Shown: positions 16,259 through 25,342, counted from the first letter of the stretch. The stretch: DNA of 64,000 bases from Thermoanaerobaculia bacterium (GCA_035266085.1 DATFNZ010000107.1:12857-76856), one strand, 5' to 3'. The notes: generated by a model not told the origin, from the letters alone. Translations and numbers: made by a program.

Positions 16259-16909
16259 TCATCCGGTCTTTCCGAAGAGTCCCCAGCGGGATGGGGACGA
16301 AGAGTCGCGGTTGAGCTCGTCGAGGGCCTGGCGCACCGTGGCGTCGTCGCCGCCCCACTGAATCGCCTTCCGATAGTACTGGACGGCCTGTTCCGTCTGC
16401 CCCGCGAGGGCGCAGATGCGGCCGGCCTGCTTCAGGTACGTGACGTTCATCGGCTCGAGCTGGCAGGCGCGCTCGATGGCGGCCACGGCCCGGGTCAGCC
16501 AGGTCCGCTGCTGGCTGCACGCCTGGGCCAGGTGGTGCCAGGCCTGGCCGCTCTGGGGATCGGCCTGCGTCGCCTGGTCGAAGTTGCTGGCCGCCTCCAG
16601 CCAGCTCTTCTCCTTGTACGCCTTGACGCCCCGCTGCAGGTAGGCCCGGAAGGCCTGCCGCGGGTCGGACGCCGAGACCGACTCCTCGGGACGGATCAGA
16701 TCCAGGTCGTGCTTGCGCCGCCGTTCGGAGTCGGCCAGCACGTTGAACGCCTGGGTGATCTCCTGGAACTCGGTCTCCGCGCGCGCCTTCTCCGCACCCT
16801 GAAAGCGATCGGGGTGGCGGGTCCGGGCGAGCTCCCGGAAGCGTTGGCGGATCTGGTCCTCGGTGGCGTTGCGCGCCACCGCGAGGACGGCGTAGAAGTC
16901 CCTGGCCAT
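16259..16909 (-). CDS. DnaJ (J-domain) protein with TPR repeats
   Basis: N-terminal J-domain DFYAVLAVARNATEDQIRQRFRELARTRHPDR with the HPD motif, followed by TPR-like repeats. Its stop TGA at 16261..16259 overlaps the ATG of the mini-ORF. Confidence 0.75.
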   Translation of the reverse strand: MARDFYAVLAVARNATEDQIRQRFRELARTRHPDRFQGAEKARAETEFQEITQAFNVLADSERRRKHDLDLIRPEESVSASDPRQAFRAYLQRGVKAYKEKSWLEAASNFDQATQADPQSGQAWHHLAQACSQQRTWLTRAVAAIERACQLEPMNVTYLKQAGRICALAGQTEQAVQYYRKAIQWGGDDATVRQALDELNRDSSSPSRWGLFGKTG

Positions 16910-16921
16910 CTCTGTTGAGTC

Positions 16922-17924
16922 CTATTTCTGCTTGATTCTATACAAACGCAAGGCTGTCGAGCGCACTGCCTCGGGAACATTCCGGTCCCGGCCGATATCC
17001 CGCAGGTCCCGCGTGACCAGTCTGGGAATGAAACGCAGCGCCGTCGGCAGCGGCGTGCGGGGGTTCTGGACCAGGGATTTCATGATTTTGTACTTGCCCA
17101 CCCACTCGCGCCGCTTGGCGATCGTCTCCAGGACCTCCTCGACGACGGACCGGTTGGCGGCCGTCAGCTCGACCTCCTGGTCGGAGAGGCTGTTGTTGAC
17201 GATCACCGACACGGCGACCTGGGCGTTGGTGTCGCGCAGCAGGATGGACCGCAGGCTGCGCCCCGCGCCGCGCGTGAGCTTGAGGCGGGCCGGCACGGGC
17301 AACTGGCGGATCTGGCCCTCGGTCAGGCCCGTCTTCTCGTCGATCTCGCCGGCGGCGGGCAGCTCCTTGACGACGGCGATGGCCTCCACGAGCTCCTCGT
17401 CGTCCATCTCCTCCGGGAGACCGGGCGCGGGCGCCGCGCCGCGCTCTTTCCGCAGCAGGTGCTCGCGGTATTCGCCGATACGCCGCAGGGCGTAGCTGGA
17501 GACCTGGGGGTTCTCCTCCAGGGCCTCCAGGATGGCCGGCTCCTCGATGATGGCGTCCTGGCGCAGGAGCAGGAGCTCCTGGAGGTCGGGCGGCAGCCGC
17601 CGGGCGAGCCGGGCCAGGATGCGGCGCGGCACGTCGCGGCGGCGCAGGATCGTCTCGATCAGCGCCGGATGGCTGGTCTCCTCGGCGAACCAGTTGAGCA
17701 CCGGCTCGCCGGCCCGGCGCTCCAGGAACGGCAGGGCGTGCCGGGGATCGACCTTCCGCAGGCTCTCCTGCGCACGCTCCGCCACCTGGAGATCGTCGCC
17801 TTGAGCGAGCTCGACCTGCAGGGGGATCAGCTCCTCGGGAGGCAGGGGGAGCATCCCCTCGGCGGCGAGAAGCTGGAGCTGACGGTTCCCCGAGCGGACC
17901 TGCTCGAGCAGAGAGGACTGGCTG
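16922..17924 (-). CDS. Hypothetical helical-repeat protein (paralog of 18933..19700)
   Basis: The coding-like region begins right after the RodZ-like stop. A candidate TTG lies at 17924, or an ATG at about 17846. The C-terminus (REWVGKYKIMKSLVQNPRTPLPTALRFIPRLVTRDLRDIGRDRNVPEAVRSTA) is clearly homologous to the C-terminus of the gene at 18933..19700. The N-terminal 250 aa of track ORF 16922..18709 are Arg/Pro-rich junk. Confidence 0.5.
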
Positions 17925-17934
17925 TCGGCCAAGG

Positions 17935-18867
17935 TCAGCGCGCCTCTTTCTTTTCTTTCAGCGCCTGGACGGTATTGAGGTCGATCAGGAGATCGCGCAC
18001 CACGTCCCCCTCCTGCTTGCCCAGATCGAGCGGATAGCCGTTCACCTGGACTTCCACGGCGCCGGCGTTGCCGAGCGTCAGGAGGATGCTCTGCTCGGCC
18101 TCGAGCTGGAGGGCCTCGCCCTGCACCCGCAGCTCGGAGAACCGGTTCTTGCCGTCGGTCACCGCCTCCACCCAGCAGTCCTTGGTGAAATCGAGGGAGA
18201 CCTCGAGCGGCGCGGTGGGCTCCGGCGCGGCCGACTGGGCCGCCGCCGGCTGGATGGCCGGAGCGGGCGGCGGCGCGGTCATGGGCGGCGCCTCGTTGGA
18301 GCTCGAGGGCTCCTCGTGCCGCTTGTCGGCGAACCAGGCGGCGAGGGCCACCAGCACCAGGAGGATCAGCCCCGCCAGGGCCAGCACCAGGCCGTAGCTC
18401 CAGTTGCGCCGCACCGGCGGCTGGCCGGGATCGACCGGCTTCGGCTTGCTGCGCACCTTGGTGTCGTCCTTGAGATCGCCGGCCAGCTCCTCCGGGCGGT
18501 GCACCGAAAGGTAGTGATTGACCACGTCGTCCGGGGAGAGGCCCACGTAGCGGGCGTACTCGCGCAGGAAGCCCTTGGCGAAGATGGGCGCCGGCAGGAG
18601 GTCGAAGCGGTCCGCCTCCATGGCTTCGAGGTAACGGAAGCTGATCTTGGTGCGCTCGGCGATGTCGCGCAGGTTGATCTCGCGCATCTCCCGCTGGCGC
18701 CGGAGCCAATCGCCGAACGAGCCGGTGTCCGCCGGCCCCGCCTCCTTTTCCCAGGGAGGCTGGCGGTTCGCGCGCTTGACGCCAGAGCCAGCCCCGGTGG
18801 GATCGGCCGGGGCGGCGGCGTTCTTATGGGGTGGAACTCTTTCTCGTCTGGACACGTTTCTCGACAA
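17935..18867 (-). CDS. rodZ: RodZ-like cytoskeleton protein (XRE HTH, TM segment, DUF4115-like C-terminal domain)
   Basis: HTH FGDWLRRQREMREINLRDIAERTKISFRYLEAMEADRFDLLPAPIFAKGFLREYARYVGL, a single TM helix (LVLALAGLILLVLVALAAWF), a Pro/Ala-rich linker and a C-terminal beta domain (EVSLDFTKDCWVEAVTDGKNRFSELRVQGEAL). The N-terminal 50 aa are uncertain. Confidence 0.7.
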   Translation of the reverse strand: MSRNVSRRERVPPHKNAAAPADPTGAGSGVKRANRQPPWEKEAGPADTGSFGDWLRRQREMREINLRDIAERTKISFRYLEAMEADRFDLLPAPIFAKGFLREYARYVGLSPDDVVNHYLSVHRPEELAGDLKDDTKVRSKPKPVDPGQPPVRRNWSYGLVLALAGLILLVLVALAAWFADKRHEEPSSSNEAPPMTAPPPAPAIQPAAAQSAAPEPTAPLEVSLDFTKDCWVEAVTDGKNRFSELRVQGEALQLEAEQSILLTLGNAGAVEVQVNGYPLDLGKQEGDVVRDLLIDLNTVQALKEKKEAR

Positions 18868-18932
18868 GCGACTCCTAACTCTACGCGGCGCTCCGCCCCG
18901 GGGTCAAATCCTTGCCCGCGCGGCGCCGATCC

Positions 18933-19700
18933 TCACCGGTCTTCCCCCAGCAAGACGCGCGCCCGCCGCCGCACGGGCTCCGGCAGCCGAGGGTCGGCGG
19001 CCAGCGGCTTCAGGTCCGGCTTGCGTAAGGTTCCCAGGATACGCCACGCCGCTTCGATCGGCGTCGCCGGATTGCGGGCGAGCGCCAGACGCAGAGGATA
19101 ACGGACGCCCCAGCGGCGGTCGGCGGCGATCAGATCCAGGATCGGCGGCGGCGTCCGCGCGCTCTGGGCCACCGGCGCCAGGATCCCCTCCGTCATGCGC
19201 GGATTGTCGAGCAGGGCCGCCACCACCCGCGGGCTGGGGTCGTGGCGGAGCTGCGCGAGGACGCCGGCGCCGGCGCGGCGGGCGACGGTGATCTTCTCGC
19301 CGACGGCCATCTGCTGCAGCCGGCCGCCCAGGAGCACCTCCGCCGAGCGCCGCAGGGCCGGGCGCAGGCGAGGGTCGAGCCCCAGCGCCATCAGGTCGCG
19401 CCAGTACAGCCCGGGCAGGAAGCGGGCGGCCAGCACCTCCGGCGTGCGCGGGTGCAGGGTCAGGTCGCGCCGCACCTCGTAGAAGGCCAGGAGCCGCTGC
19501 TCGCCGGCCAGCCGCTCGATCACCTCGGCCGAGCAGTGGGGATTGCGCAGCGCCTGGCGGACGGCCGGGGGCTCCAGCTCCCGCGCGTGCTCGTCCACCA
19601 GGACCGCCAGCTCCTCCGCTCCCGCCTCGCGCAGACGGTGGCTCAGGAGGGAGCCGGGCTCGGGTTCGAGGCCGGAATCGTCTTTCGCCGCCAGCGACAT
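18933..19700 (-). CDS. Hypothetical helical-repeat (HEAT-like) protein
   Basis: ATG at 19700 (MSLAAKDDSG...). Repeated ...NP.TP..L..L motifs. The C-terminus is homologous to 16922..17924. Only 40 bp separate it from the divergent Gre-domain gene. Confidence 0.55.
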   Translation of the reverse strand: MSLAAKDDSGLEPEPGSLLSHRLREAGAEELAVLVDEHARELEPPAVRQALRNPHCSAEVIERLAGEQRLLAFYEVRRDLTLHPRTPEVLAARFLPGLYWRDLMALGLDPRLRPALRRSAEVLLGGRLQQMAVGEKITVARRAGAGVLAQLRHDPSPRVVAALLDNPRMTEGILAPVAQSARTPPPILDLIAADRRWGVRYPLRLALARNPATPIEAAWRILGTLRKPDLKPLAADPRLPEPVRRRARVLLGEDR

Positions 19701-19740
19701 GGGTGCTAGCTTATAGAATCTGGTATCTTCCTTCCTTCCT

Positions 19741-21810
19741 ATGACGATCTCGCGAACCACCCAGAGTCAGTTGTCCAAGGGCGATTTCGAGGCGATCGAG
19801 GGCGAGTGGCTGGCGCGCCTCGACAAAGATCCCTCGGACGTCGAGTACTTCATCGGCGTGGCGCGCGCCCTCATCGGCACCGGTGAGGAGTCGCGGGCCC
19901 GCTATCTGCTCGAGCTGTTCGACGACCATCTCCGGGAAGCCGGACATTGGGCGACCCGGCTGCAGCTCCTCAAACGCGCCGGCGGGATCTTCGTCCCGGC
20001 CGACAAGCTCCACCCCATCGTTTCCTCCACCCTCGGCAAGCTCTACAGCGACCGCTCGACCTACAAGGCCCTCTACGAGGCCGTGGGCCTGCACCGCGCG
20101 CCGGGCGACGTCCCCAAGATCTGGGAGAAGGTCGACCGGCTCGAGGGCCTGCTGGCCTTCGACGTCGGCACGGTGGTGGCGATGGAGGGCAAGGGGGTCG
20201 GCCGGGTGGTGGAGGCCAACCTCGGGCTCGAGAGCTTCAAGGTGGACTTCGAGAAGATCCGCGGCCTGACGGTGGGCTTCAAGGCCGCGCCCAAGCTGCT
20301 GCGCCCGCTCGCTCCCGAGCACGTGCTGCGGCGCAAGCTCGAGCAGCCGGCGGCGCTCAAGGCGCTCAGCCCGCCCGAGCTGCTGCACGTCACCCTCCAG
20401 AGCTACGACCGGCCGCTGACGGCCGGCGAGGTTCGCGACATCCTAGCCGGGATCGTCTCCGAATCGCAGTGGACCGCCTGGTGGGGCGCCGCCCGCAAGC
20501 ACTCGCACGTCGTGGCGAGCGGCAGCGGCGCGCGCCAGACCTACCGCTGGGCCGAGAGCAGCGGCCATGCCCTGGACTCGGTGTGGAAGGCGTTCGAGAA
20601 GGCGGACCCGCGCAAGAAGATCGAGCGGCTCAAGCGCGAGGGCGCCCGCGACGAGGGCCTGCGCGACCGCATGGCGGAAAATCTCGCGGAGGTCGCCGAG
20701 AAGATGATGGACACCGATCCCGGCCTCGCGTTCGAGATCTGGTTCGCCATCGAGCGCAGCGGCGCCAAGATCGACGACTCCGTGGACTGGTCCCCGGACA
20801 ACCTGCTCGCCAGCCATCCGCAGCAGGTGTTCAGTGGCATCGAGGAACGCCTCCTGCGTGAACGGGCCTACGTCATGGTGCGCGAGCGCCGCGAGGACTG
20901 GCCGGTCGTCTACCGCGACGCCATGTCCAAGGAGACCGACCCGCGCGCCCTCGACCTCCTCGCCGACGGCCTGATGCACGGAGCGCAGCGCGAGCTGGAG
21001 CGCTTCCTCGACGGCCTGATGGCGCAGCCGCACCGCAACGCGGCGGCGTTCACCTGGCTCGCCGAGCGGGCGACCGTGGACGAGGACCTGCGGGCCCGCA
21101 ACCCCCTGCGGCTGCTGCAGCAGATCCTCTCCAGCATGTCGCGCGACGAGTTCGCCTCCTACCGTCTGCGGCTGCTGGCCCTCGCCGAGTCGGGCGGCAC
21201 GGTGCCGCGGCTCCTCACCCATCTCACGGAAGACCAGGCCGCCCAGGCGGAGGACGCCGTCCACCGCGCCTCCAACCTCGAGCCCTTCCAGCGCGAGCAG
21301 CTCACCAACGCCATCCAGCTCCGCTTCCAGGGGCTGCGCAAGGAGAGCGGCGTGCAGCCGCTCTACGCCATCCCTGAGTCCGTGGACGCCAAGCGGGCCG
21401 AGCTGCACCAGATCATGACGGTCGACATCCCCGCCAACCGCAAGGCCATCGAGGAAGCCCGCGCCATGGGCGACCTGCGCGAGAACTTCGAGTACAAGTC
21501 GGCCCGCCAGCGCCACGAATACCTGAACGCCCGCGCCGCCAGCCTCAACGCCGAGCTCAACCGCGTCCGCATCATCGACACCGAGGGCATGGAGGTCTCC
21601 GAGGTGCGCATCGGCGCCCGCCTGACATTGACGGGTACCGGCGGCCAGCGGGTGATGACCATCCTCGGCCCCTGGGAGAGCAAGCCCGAGGAGGACGTCA
21701 TCTCCTATGAGTCCGAGCTCGCCGTCACTCTGCTGGGCCGGAAGGTCGGGGATGCGGTGGAGATGGGCGGCGAGAGCTGGAAGATCGAGAAGATCGAGCC
21801 CTACAAATAG
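19741..21810 (+). CDS. Large protein (689 aa) with a C-terminal GreA/GreB-type transcript-cleavage-factor domain
   Basis: The C-terminal 150 aa (AIEEARAMGDLRENFEYKSARQRHEYLNARAASLNAELNRVRIIDT...GARLTLTGTGGQRVMTILGPWESKPEEDVISYESELAVTLLGRKVGDAVEM) match the Gre-factor C-terminal FKBP-like domain and the preceding acidic-tip helix. The N-terminal 540 aa are alpha-helical with no recognisable domain. Confidence 0.75.
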   Translation: MTISRTTQSQLSKGDFEAIEGEWLARLDKDPSDVEYFIGVARALIGTGEESRARYLLELFDDHLREAGHWATRLQLLKRAGGIFVPADKLHPIVSSTLGKLYSDRSTYKALYEAVGLHRAPGDVPKIWEKVDRLEGLLAFDVGTVVAMEGKGVGRVVEANLGLESFKVDFEKIRGLTVGFKAAPKLLRPLAPEHVLRRKLEQPAALKALSPPELLHVTLQSYDRPLTAGEVRDILAGIVSESQWTAWWGAARKHSHVVASGSGARQTYRWAESSGHALDSVWKAFEKADPRKKIERLKREGARDEGLRDRMAENLAEVAEKMMDTDPGLAFEIWFAIERSGAKIDDSVDWSPDNLLASHPQQVFSGIEERLLRERAYVMVRERREDWPVVYRDAMSKETDPRALDLLADGLMHGAQRELERFLDGLMAQPHRNAAAFTWLAERATVDEDLRARNPLRLLQQILSSMSRDEFASYRLRLLALAESGGTVPRLLTHLTEDQAAQAEDAVHRASNLEPFQREQLTNAIQLRFQGLRKESGVQPLYAIPESVDAKRAELHQIMTVDIPANRKAIEEARAMGDLRENFEYKSARQRHEYLNARAASLNAELNRVRIIDTEGMEVSEVRIGARLTLTGTGGQRVMTILGPWESKPEEDVISYESELAVTLLGRKVGDAVEMGGESWKIEKIEPYK

Positions 21811-21840
21811 GTAGGGGCGGCCACGCAGGGCCGCCCCTAC
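21811..21840. terminator. Bidirectional terminator hairpin between convergent genes
   Basis: GTAGGGGCGGCC-ACGCAG-GGCCGCCCCTAC forms a perfect 12-bp GC-rich stem with a 6-nt loop. A/T-rich sequence flanks it on both sides. Confidence 0.6.
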
Positions 21841-21848
21841 AGGAAATT

Positions 21849-22583
21849 CTAAGCCGCGAGGAGCCGGCCGTGGTGGCGCTGGCTCGGATGCGGCTGCGCC
21901 TCGAAGCCGAGAATGCGGTTCGGCGCGGGGTTCCGGATCTCCACCGTCTCGAGGTTGTAGCGCAGGACGACCGGCGAGCCGTCGGCGAGCAGGAACTTGA
22001 GGTCCGAGTACCTGGTCAGCAACTCCCGGCCCTGGGGGCTGCCGGCGTCGACGCTGGCCACCGGCGTCTCCCATTCGAGACCCCGCTGCACCCAGCCGGC
22101 CTCCGTCCAGATGAACTGGCGGCCGGCGACCTCGCTGGTCGTCAGCAGCATGCCGTAGGGCGCCCCGGCCTTGACCGTGACGACCTCCAGCCCCGGCCCG
22201 GGCTCGTGGTGCGGGAAGCCGTTGCCGACGAAGCCGTGGCTGACGGCGAAGAGGCTCACCACCAGGGCCAGGCCCATCGCCGAGGCGGTGCGCAGGCCGG
22301 GGCCCAGCGGGAAGAGGAAGAAGCGCAGCGACTGGAACGTCCGCCGCATCCCGTGAGCCGGGATCTCCTTCATCACCTGCCGCCGGATCTGCTGGCTCAG
22401 GGCCGGCGGCGGCACCGCGCGGTCGGCGCGGCCGAGGCCGGCGACCACGCGCCGCATCGAGGCGAGGCGAGCGCCGCAGTCCGGGCATCCCGCGCAATGA
22501 GCTTCGAGCTGCCGCATTTCGACAACCCCGAGCTCGGAGTCGAGAAACGCCGAAAGCTGCTCAATGGATAGATGGCGGTTCAT
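21849..22583 (-). CDS. Anti-sigma factor, zf-HC2 type
   Basis: N-terminus MNRHLSIEQLSAFLDSELGVVEMRQLEAHCAGCPDC carries the Hx3Cx2C zinc-finger motif of anti-sigma factors. A TM segment (LALVVSLFAVSHGFVG) and an extracytoplasmic C-terminal domain follow. Its start overlaps the ECF sigma stop by 4 nt. Confidence 0.7.
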   Translation of the reverse strand: MNRHLSIEQLSAFLDSELGVVEMRQLEAHCAGCPDCGARLASMRRVVAGLGRADRAVPPPALSQQIRRQVMKEIPAHGMRRTFQSLRFFLFPLGPGLRTASAMGLALVVSLFAVSHGFVGNGFPHHEPGPGLEVVTVKAGAPYGMLLTTSEVAGRQFIWTEAGWVQRGLEWETPVASVDAGSPQGRELLTRYSDLKFLLADGSPVVLRYNLETVEIRNPAPNRILGFEAQPHPSQRHHGRLLAA

Positions 22584-23167
22584 AGTTCTTTCTCCAGAAG
22601 GAGCCGGAGTTGCTCCCGGCCGCGCGCGATCCGCGAGCGGACGGTACCCACCCGGACCCCCAGCACTTCAGCAATCTCCTCATAGGATAAACCCTCCAGG
22701 TCGCGTAACACCACGGCCTCGCGAAAAACCTGCGGAATACGGCCCAGGCCCGCCATGACCCGCCGCCCTTCGTCAGCGGCAACGGCCAGCTCCTCGGGGC
22801 CGCGGCCGGGGTCGGCGATCGGGACGCCACCCTCCTCGAAGCCGGCGTCGATCGACTGCATCGACGGGATGTGGCGCGACAGCCGGTCGCGGCAGTGGTT
22901 GATCGCGATGCGGAACACCCAGGTCTTCAGGGTCGAGCGCCCCCCGAAGCTCCCCAGGTGGCGATAGATGCGCAGAAAGATCTCCTGGGTCAGATCGGCG
23001 GCCTCCTCCCGGTTTCCCGAGAGGCGCAGGGCGAGGTTGTAGACCATCTCGCCGAAACGTGCGTAGACCTCGTCGAACGCCTGGATGTCGCCGCAGCGAT
23101 GGCGTTCGACGAGCTCGACGTCAAGGGCTACATCGTGATGAACGGTAGGATAAACTGTGGCAACGCC
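22580..23167 (-). CDS. ECF (sigma-70 family group IV) RNA polymerase sigma factor
   Basis: Region 2 (LVERHRCGDIQAFDEVYARFGEMVYNLALRL) and region 4 (LEGLSYEEIAEVLGVRVGTVRSRIARGREQL) are present. I chose the GTG at 23167 (GGGAGGAG 3 nt upstream, 196 aa product) over the track start at 23269. An ECF-type promoter lies between the two candidate starts. Confidence 0.8.
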   Translation of the reverse strand, partial: GVATVYPTVHHDVALDVELVERHRCGDIQAFDEVYARFGEMVYNLALRLSGNREEAADLTQEIFLRIYRHLGSFGGRSTLKTWVFRIAINHCRDRLSRHIPSMQSIDAGFEEGGVPIADPGRGPEELAVAADEGRRVMAGLGRIPQVFREAVVLRDLEGLSYEEIAEVLGVRVGTVRSRIARGREQLRLLLEKEL

Positions 23168-23206
23168 CACCGACTCCTCCCAGGGCGAATCGAGTCGCGC
23201 CCTGCT

Positions 23207-23234
23207 CTGATAGACCCCGGAGGCGCCGGAAAAG
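23207..23234 (-). promoter_or_regulatory. Putative autoregulated ECF-sigma promoter
   Basis: The minus strand reads GGAACTT-N16-GTCTAT (GGAACTTTTCCGGCGCCTCCGGGGTCTAT). This matches the SigE/RpoE-type consensus GGAACTT-N16-GTCTAA. It lies about 35-65 nt upstream of the chosen sigma start. Confidence 0.5.
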
Positions 23235-23382
23235 TTCCCGAGCTTCTTCAAGACGTTCAAGGGTAGCACCCTTTGGCGGCAACATGTGGTCCCCTGAGGC
23301 GTATCACCTTCGGCAGCCGGCTCGCCGTTCCGGCCCGGACGCCATGCCGTTATTATCTAAATTTTTTCAAGGAGATCCCTGG

Positions 23383-25335
23383 ATGAAGACTCCCTTTCGC
23401 CTCCTCTCGACCAGCCTGAGCCTCATGGCGGTCATCGCCGGCGTCGCCGGCGCCGCGGTCGCGGCCGAGCCGGTAAAGGCTCCCGCCGCCGCCAAGCCGG
23501 GCGCCCGCCAGGTGCGCCAGTACACCATCGACCAGTTCCTCGCCAACACGGCCTACGGCGGGGCATCCTTCTCGCCGGACAACAAGAAGATCCTGGTGGG
23601 CAGCAACCAGACGGGGGTGTTCAACGTCTTCGCCTTCCCCGTCGACGGCGGCCAGCCCGTTCAGCTCACCGACTCCAAGGTCAACGCCATCCAGGCGCTC
23701 GGCTACTTCCCGAAGGACGAGCGCTTCCTCTACACCAGCGACCAGGGAGGCAACGAGCAGAACCACATCTACGTCCAGTCGCCCGACGGCCAGGTCAAGG
23801 ACCTGACCCCAGGCGACAAGCTGAAGGCCCAGTTCATGGACTGGTCGACGGACGGCAAGGGCTTCTTCTTCGCCACCAACGAGCGCGACCCGAGCCTCTT
23901 CGACGTTTACGAGATGACGTTCGACGGCTACGAGCGCAAGCTCCTCTACACCAACGAGGGCGGCTACCTGCCCGGCACCGTCTCGCCGGACCGCCGCTAC
24001 ATCACGCTGTTCAAGACCCAGACGAGCACCGATTCCGACATCTACCTCCACGACCGCACCGCCGGCAAGACGACCCTCCTGACCCCTGACGCCAAGCCGG
24101 ACACCGAGGTGTCCAATAGTCCTCAGGACTTCAGCCCCGACGGCAAGAGCCTCTACTACACGACCGACGCCGGGTCCGAGTTCTCCTACATGATGCGCTA
24201 CGACCTCGCGACGGGCCAGCGGACCGAGGTGCTGAAGACCAACTGGGACATCGGCGGCGGCGGCTACTCGCGGGACGGCCGCTGGTTCACGATCGCCATC
24301 AACAACGACGCCAAGACCGAGCTGCGCATCTTCCAGACGGAGGGGATGAAGCCCGTCGAGCTGCCCGCGCTGCCCGGGGCGGACATCACCGGCGTGGGCT
24401 TCTCCTATGACGGCAACCTGATGTCCTTCTACGCCGAGGCGGCGGGGCCGCGCGACCTCTACATCCGCGACATCAAGACCGGCAAGGTGCGGCAGATCAC
24501 CAAGGCCCTCAATCCGGCCATCGACGCTAAGGACCTCGTCGAGGGCCAGGTGGTGCGGTTCAAGTCCTACGACGGCGTCGAGATCCCCGGCCTGCTCTAC
24601 CAGCCCATCCAGGCTTCCCCCGAGAGCAAGGCGCCGGCCCTGGTATGGGTGCACGGCGGCCCAGGCGGCCAGTCGCGGGTCGGCTACAGCGGCTTCATCC
24701 AGTTCCTGGTCAACCACGGCTACGCCGTCTACGCCATCAACAACCGGGGCAGCAGCGGCTACGGCAAGACCTTCTTCAGCATGGACGACCGCAAGCACGG
24801 CGACGCCGACCTCGGCGACTGCATCGCCAGCAAGAAGATGCTGACCGACACCGGCTGGGTGGACGGCAAGCGGATCGGCATCGTGGGCGGCAGCTACGGC
24901 GGCTACATGGTGCTCGCCGCCCTGGCCTTCCGGCCGCAGGAGTTCGCCGTCGGCGTGGACCTCTTCGGCGTCTCCAACTGGCTGCGCACGCTCGAGAGCA
25001 TCCCCGCCTGGTGGGGGCCGACCCGCGACTCGCTCTACAAGGAGCTGGGCGATCCGAAGGCCGACTCCGAATACCTGCGCAAGATCTCTCCCCTCTTCCA
25101 CGCCGACAAGATCGAGCGCCCGCTCATCGTGCTCCAGGGCGAGAACGATCCCCGCGTGCTGAAGGCCGAGTCGGACGAGATCGTCGCCGCCGTCCGCAAG
25201 AAGGGGATTCCCGTCGAGTACATGCTCTTCCCCAACGAGGGCCACGGCTTCGCGCGCAAGGAGACCCAGGAGAAGGCCTACCAGGCCACCCTGGAATTCC
25301 TCGACAAGCACCTCAAGGGGGCGAACGCTCCCTAG
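23383..25335 (+). CDS. Secreted S9 family serine peptidase (beta-propeller plus alpha/beta hydrolase; prolyl oligopeptidase / DPP-like)
   Basis: ATG at 23383 with AAGGAG 9 nt upstream. Signal peptide MKTPFRLLSTSLSLMAVIAGVAGAAVAA. Nucleophile elbow GIVGGSYGGYM, catalytic Asp/His region QGENDPRV...NEGHGF. Confidence 0.85.
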   Translation: MKTPFRLLSTSLSLMAVIAGVAGAAVAAEPVKAPAAAKPGARQVRQYTIDQFLANTAYGGASFSPDNKKILVGSNQTGVFNVFAFPVDGGQPVQLTDSKVNAIQALGYFPKDERFLYTSDQGGNEQNHIYVQSPDGQVKDLTPGDKLKAQFMDWSTDGKGFFFATNERDPSLFDVYEMTFDGYERKLLYTNEGGYLPGTVSPDRRYITLFKTQTSTDSDIYLHDRTAGKTTLLTPDAKPDTEVSNSPQDFSPDGKSLYYTTDAGSEFSYMMRYDLATGQRTEVLKTNWDIGGGGYSRDGRWFTIAINNDAKTELRIFQTEGMKPVELPALPGADITGVGFSYDGNLMSFYAEAAGPRDLYIRDIKTGKVRQITKALNPAIDAKDLVEGQVVRFKSYDGVEIPGLLYQPIQASPESKAPALVWVHGGPGGQSRVGYSGFIQFLVNHGYAVYAINNRGSSGYGKTFFSMDDRKHGDADLGDCIASKKMLTDTGWVDGKRIGIVGGSYGGYMVLAALAFRPQEFAVGVDLFGVSNWLRTLESIPAWWGPTRDSLYKELGDPKADSEYLRKISPLFHADKIERPLIVLQGENDPRVLKAESDEIVAAVRKKGIPVEYMLFPNEGHGFARKETQEKAYQATLEFLDKHLKGANAP

Positions 25336-25342
25336 CACCGGC

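Noticed and set aside
22580-23269. Long form of the ECF sigma (229 aa) from the track
   Set aside because: The extra 33 N-terminal codons would contain the sigma gene's own ECF-type promoter. The GTG at 23167 has a much better RBS and gives a typical 196-aa ECF sigma.
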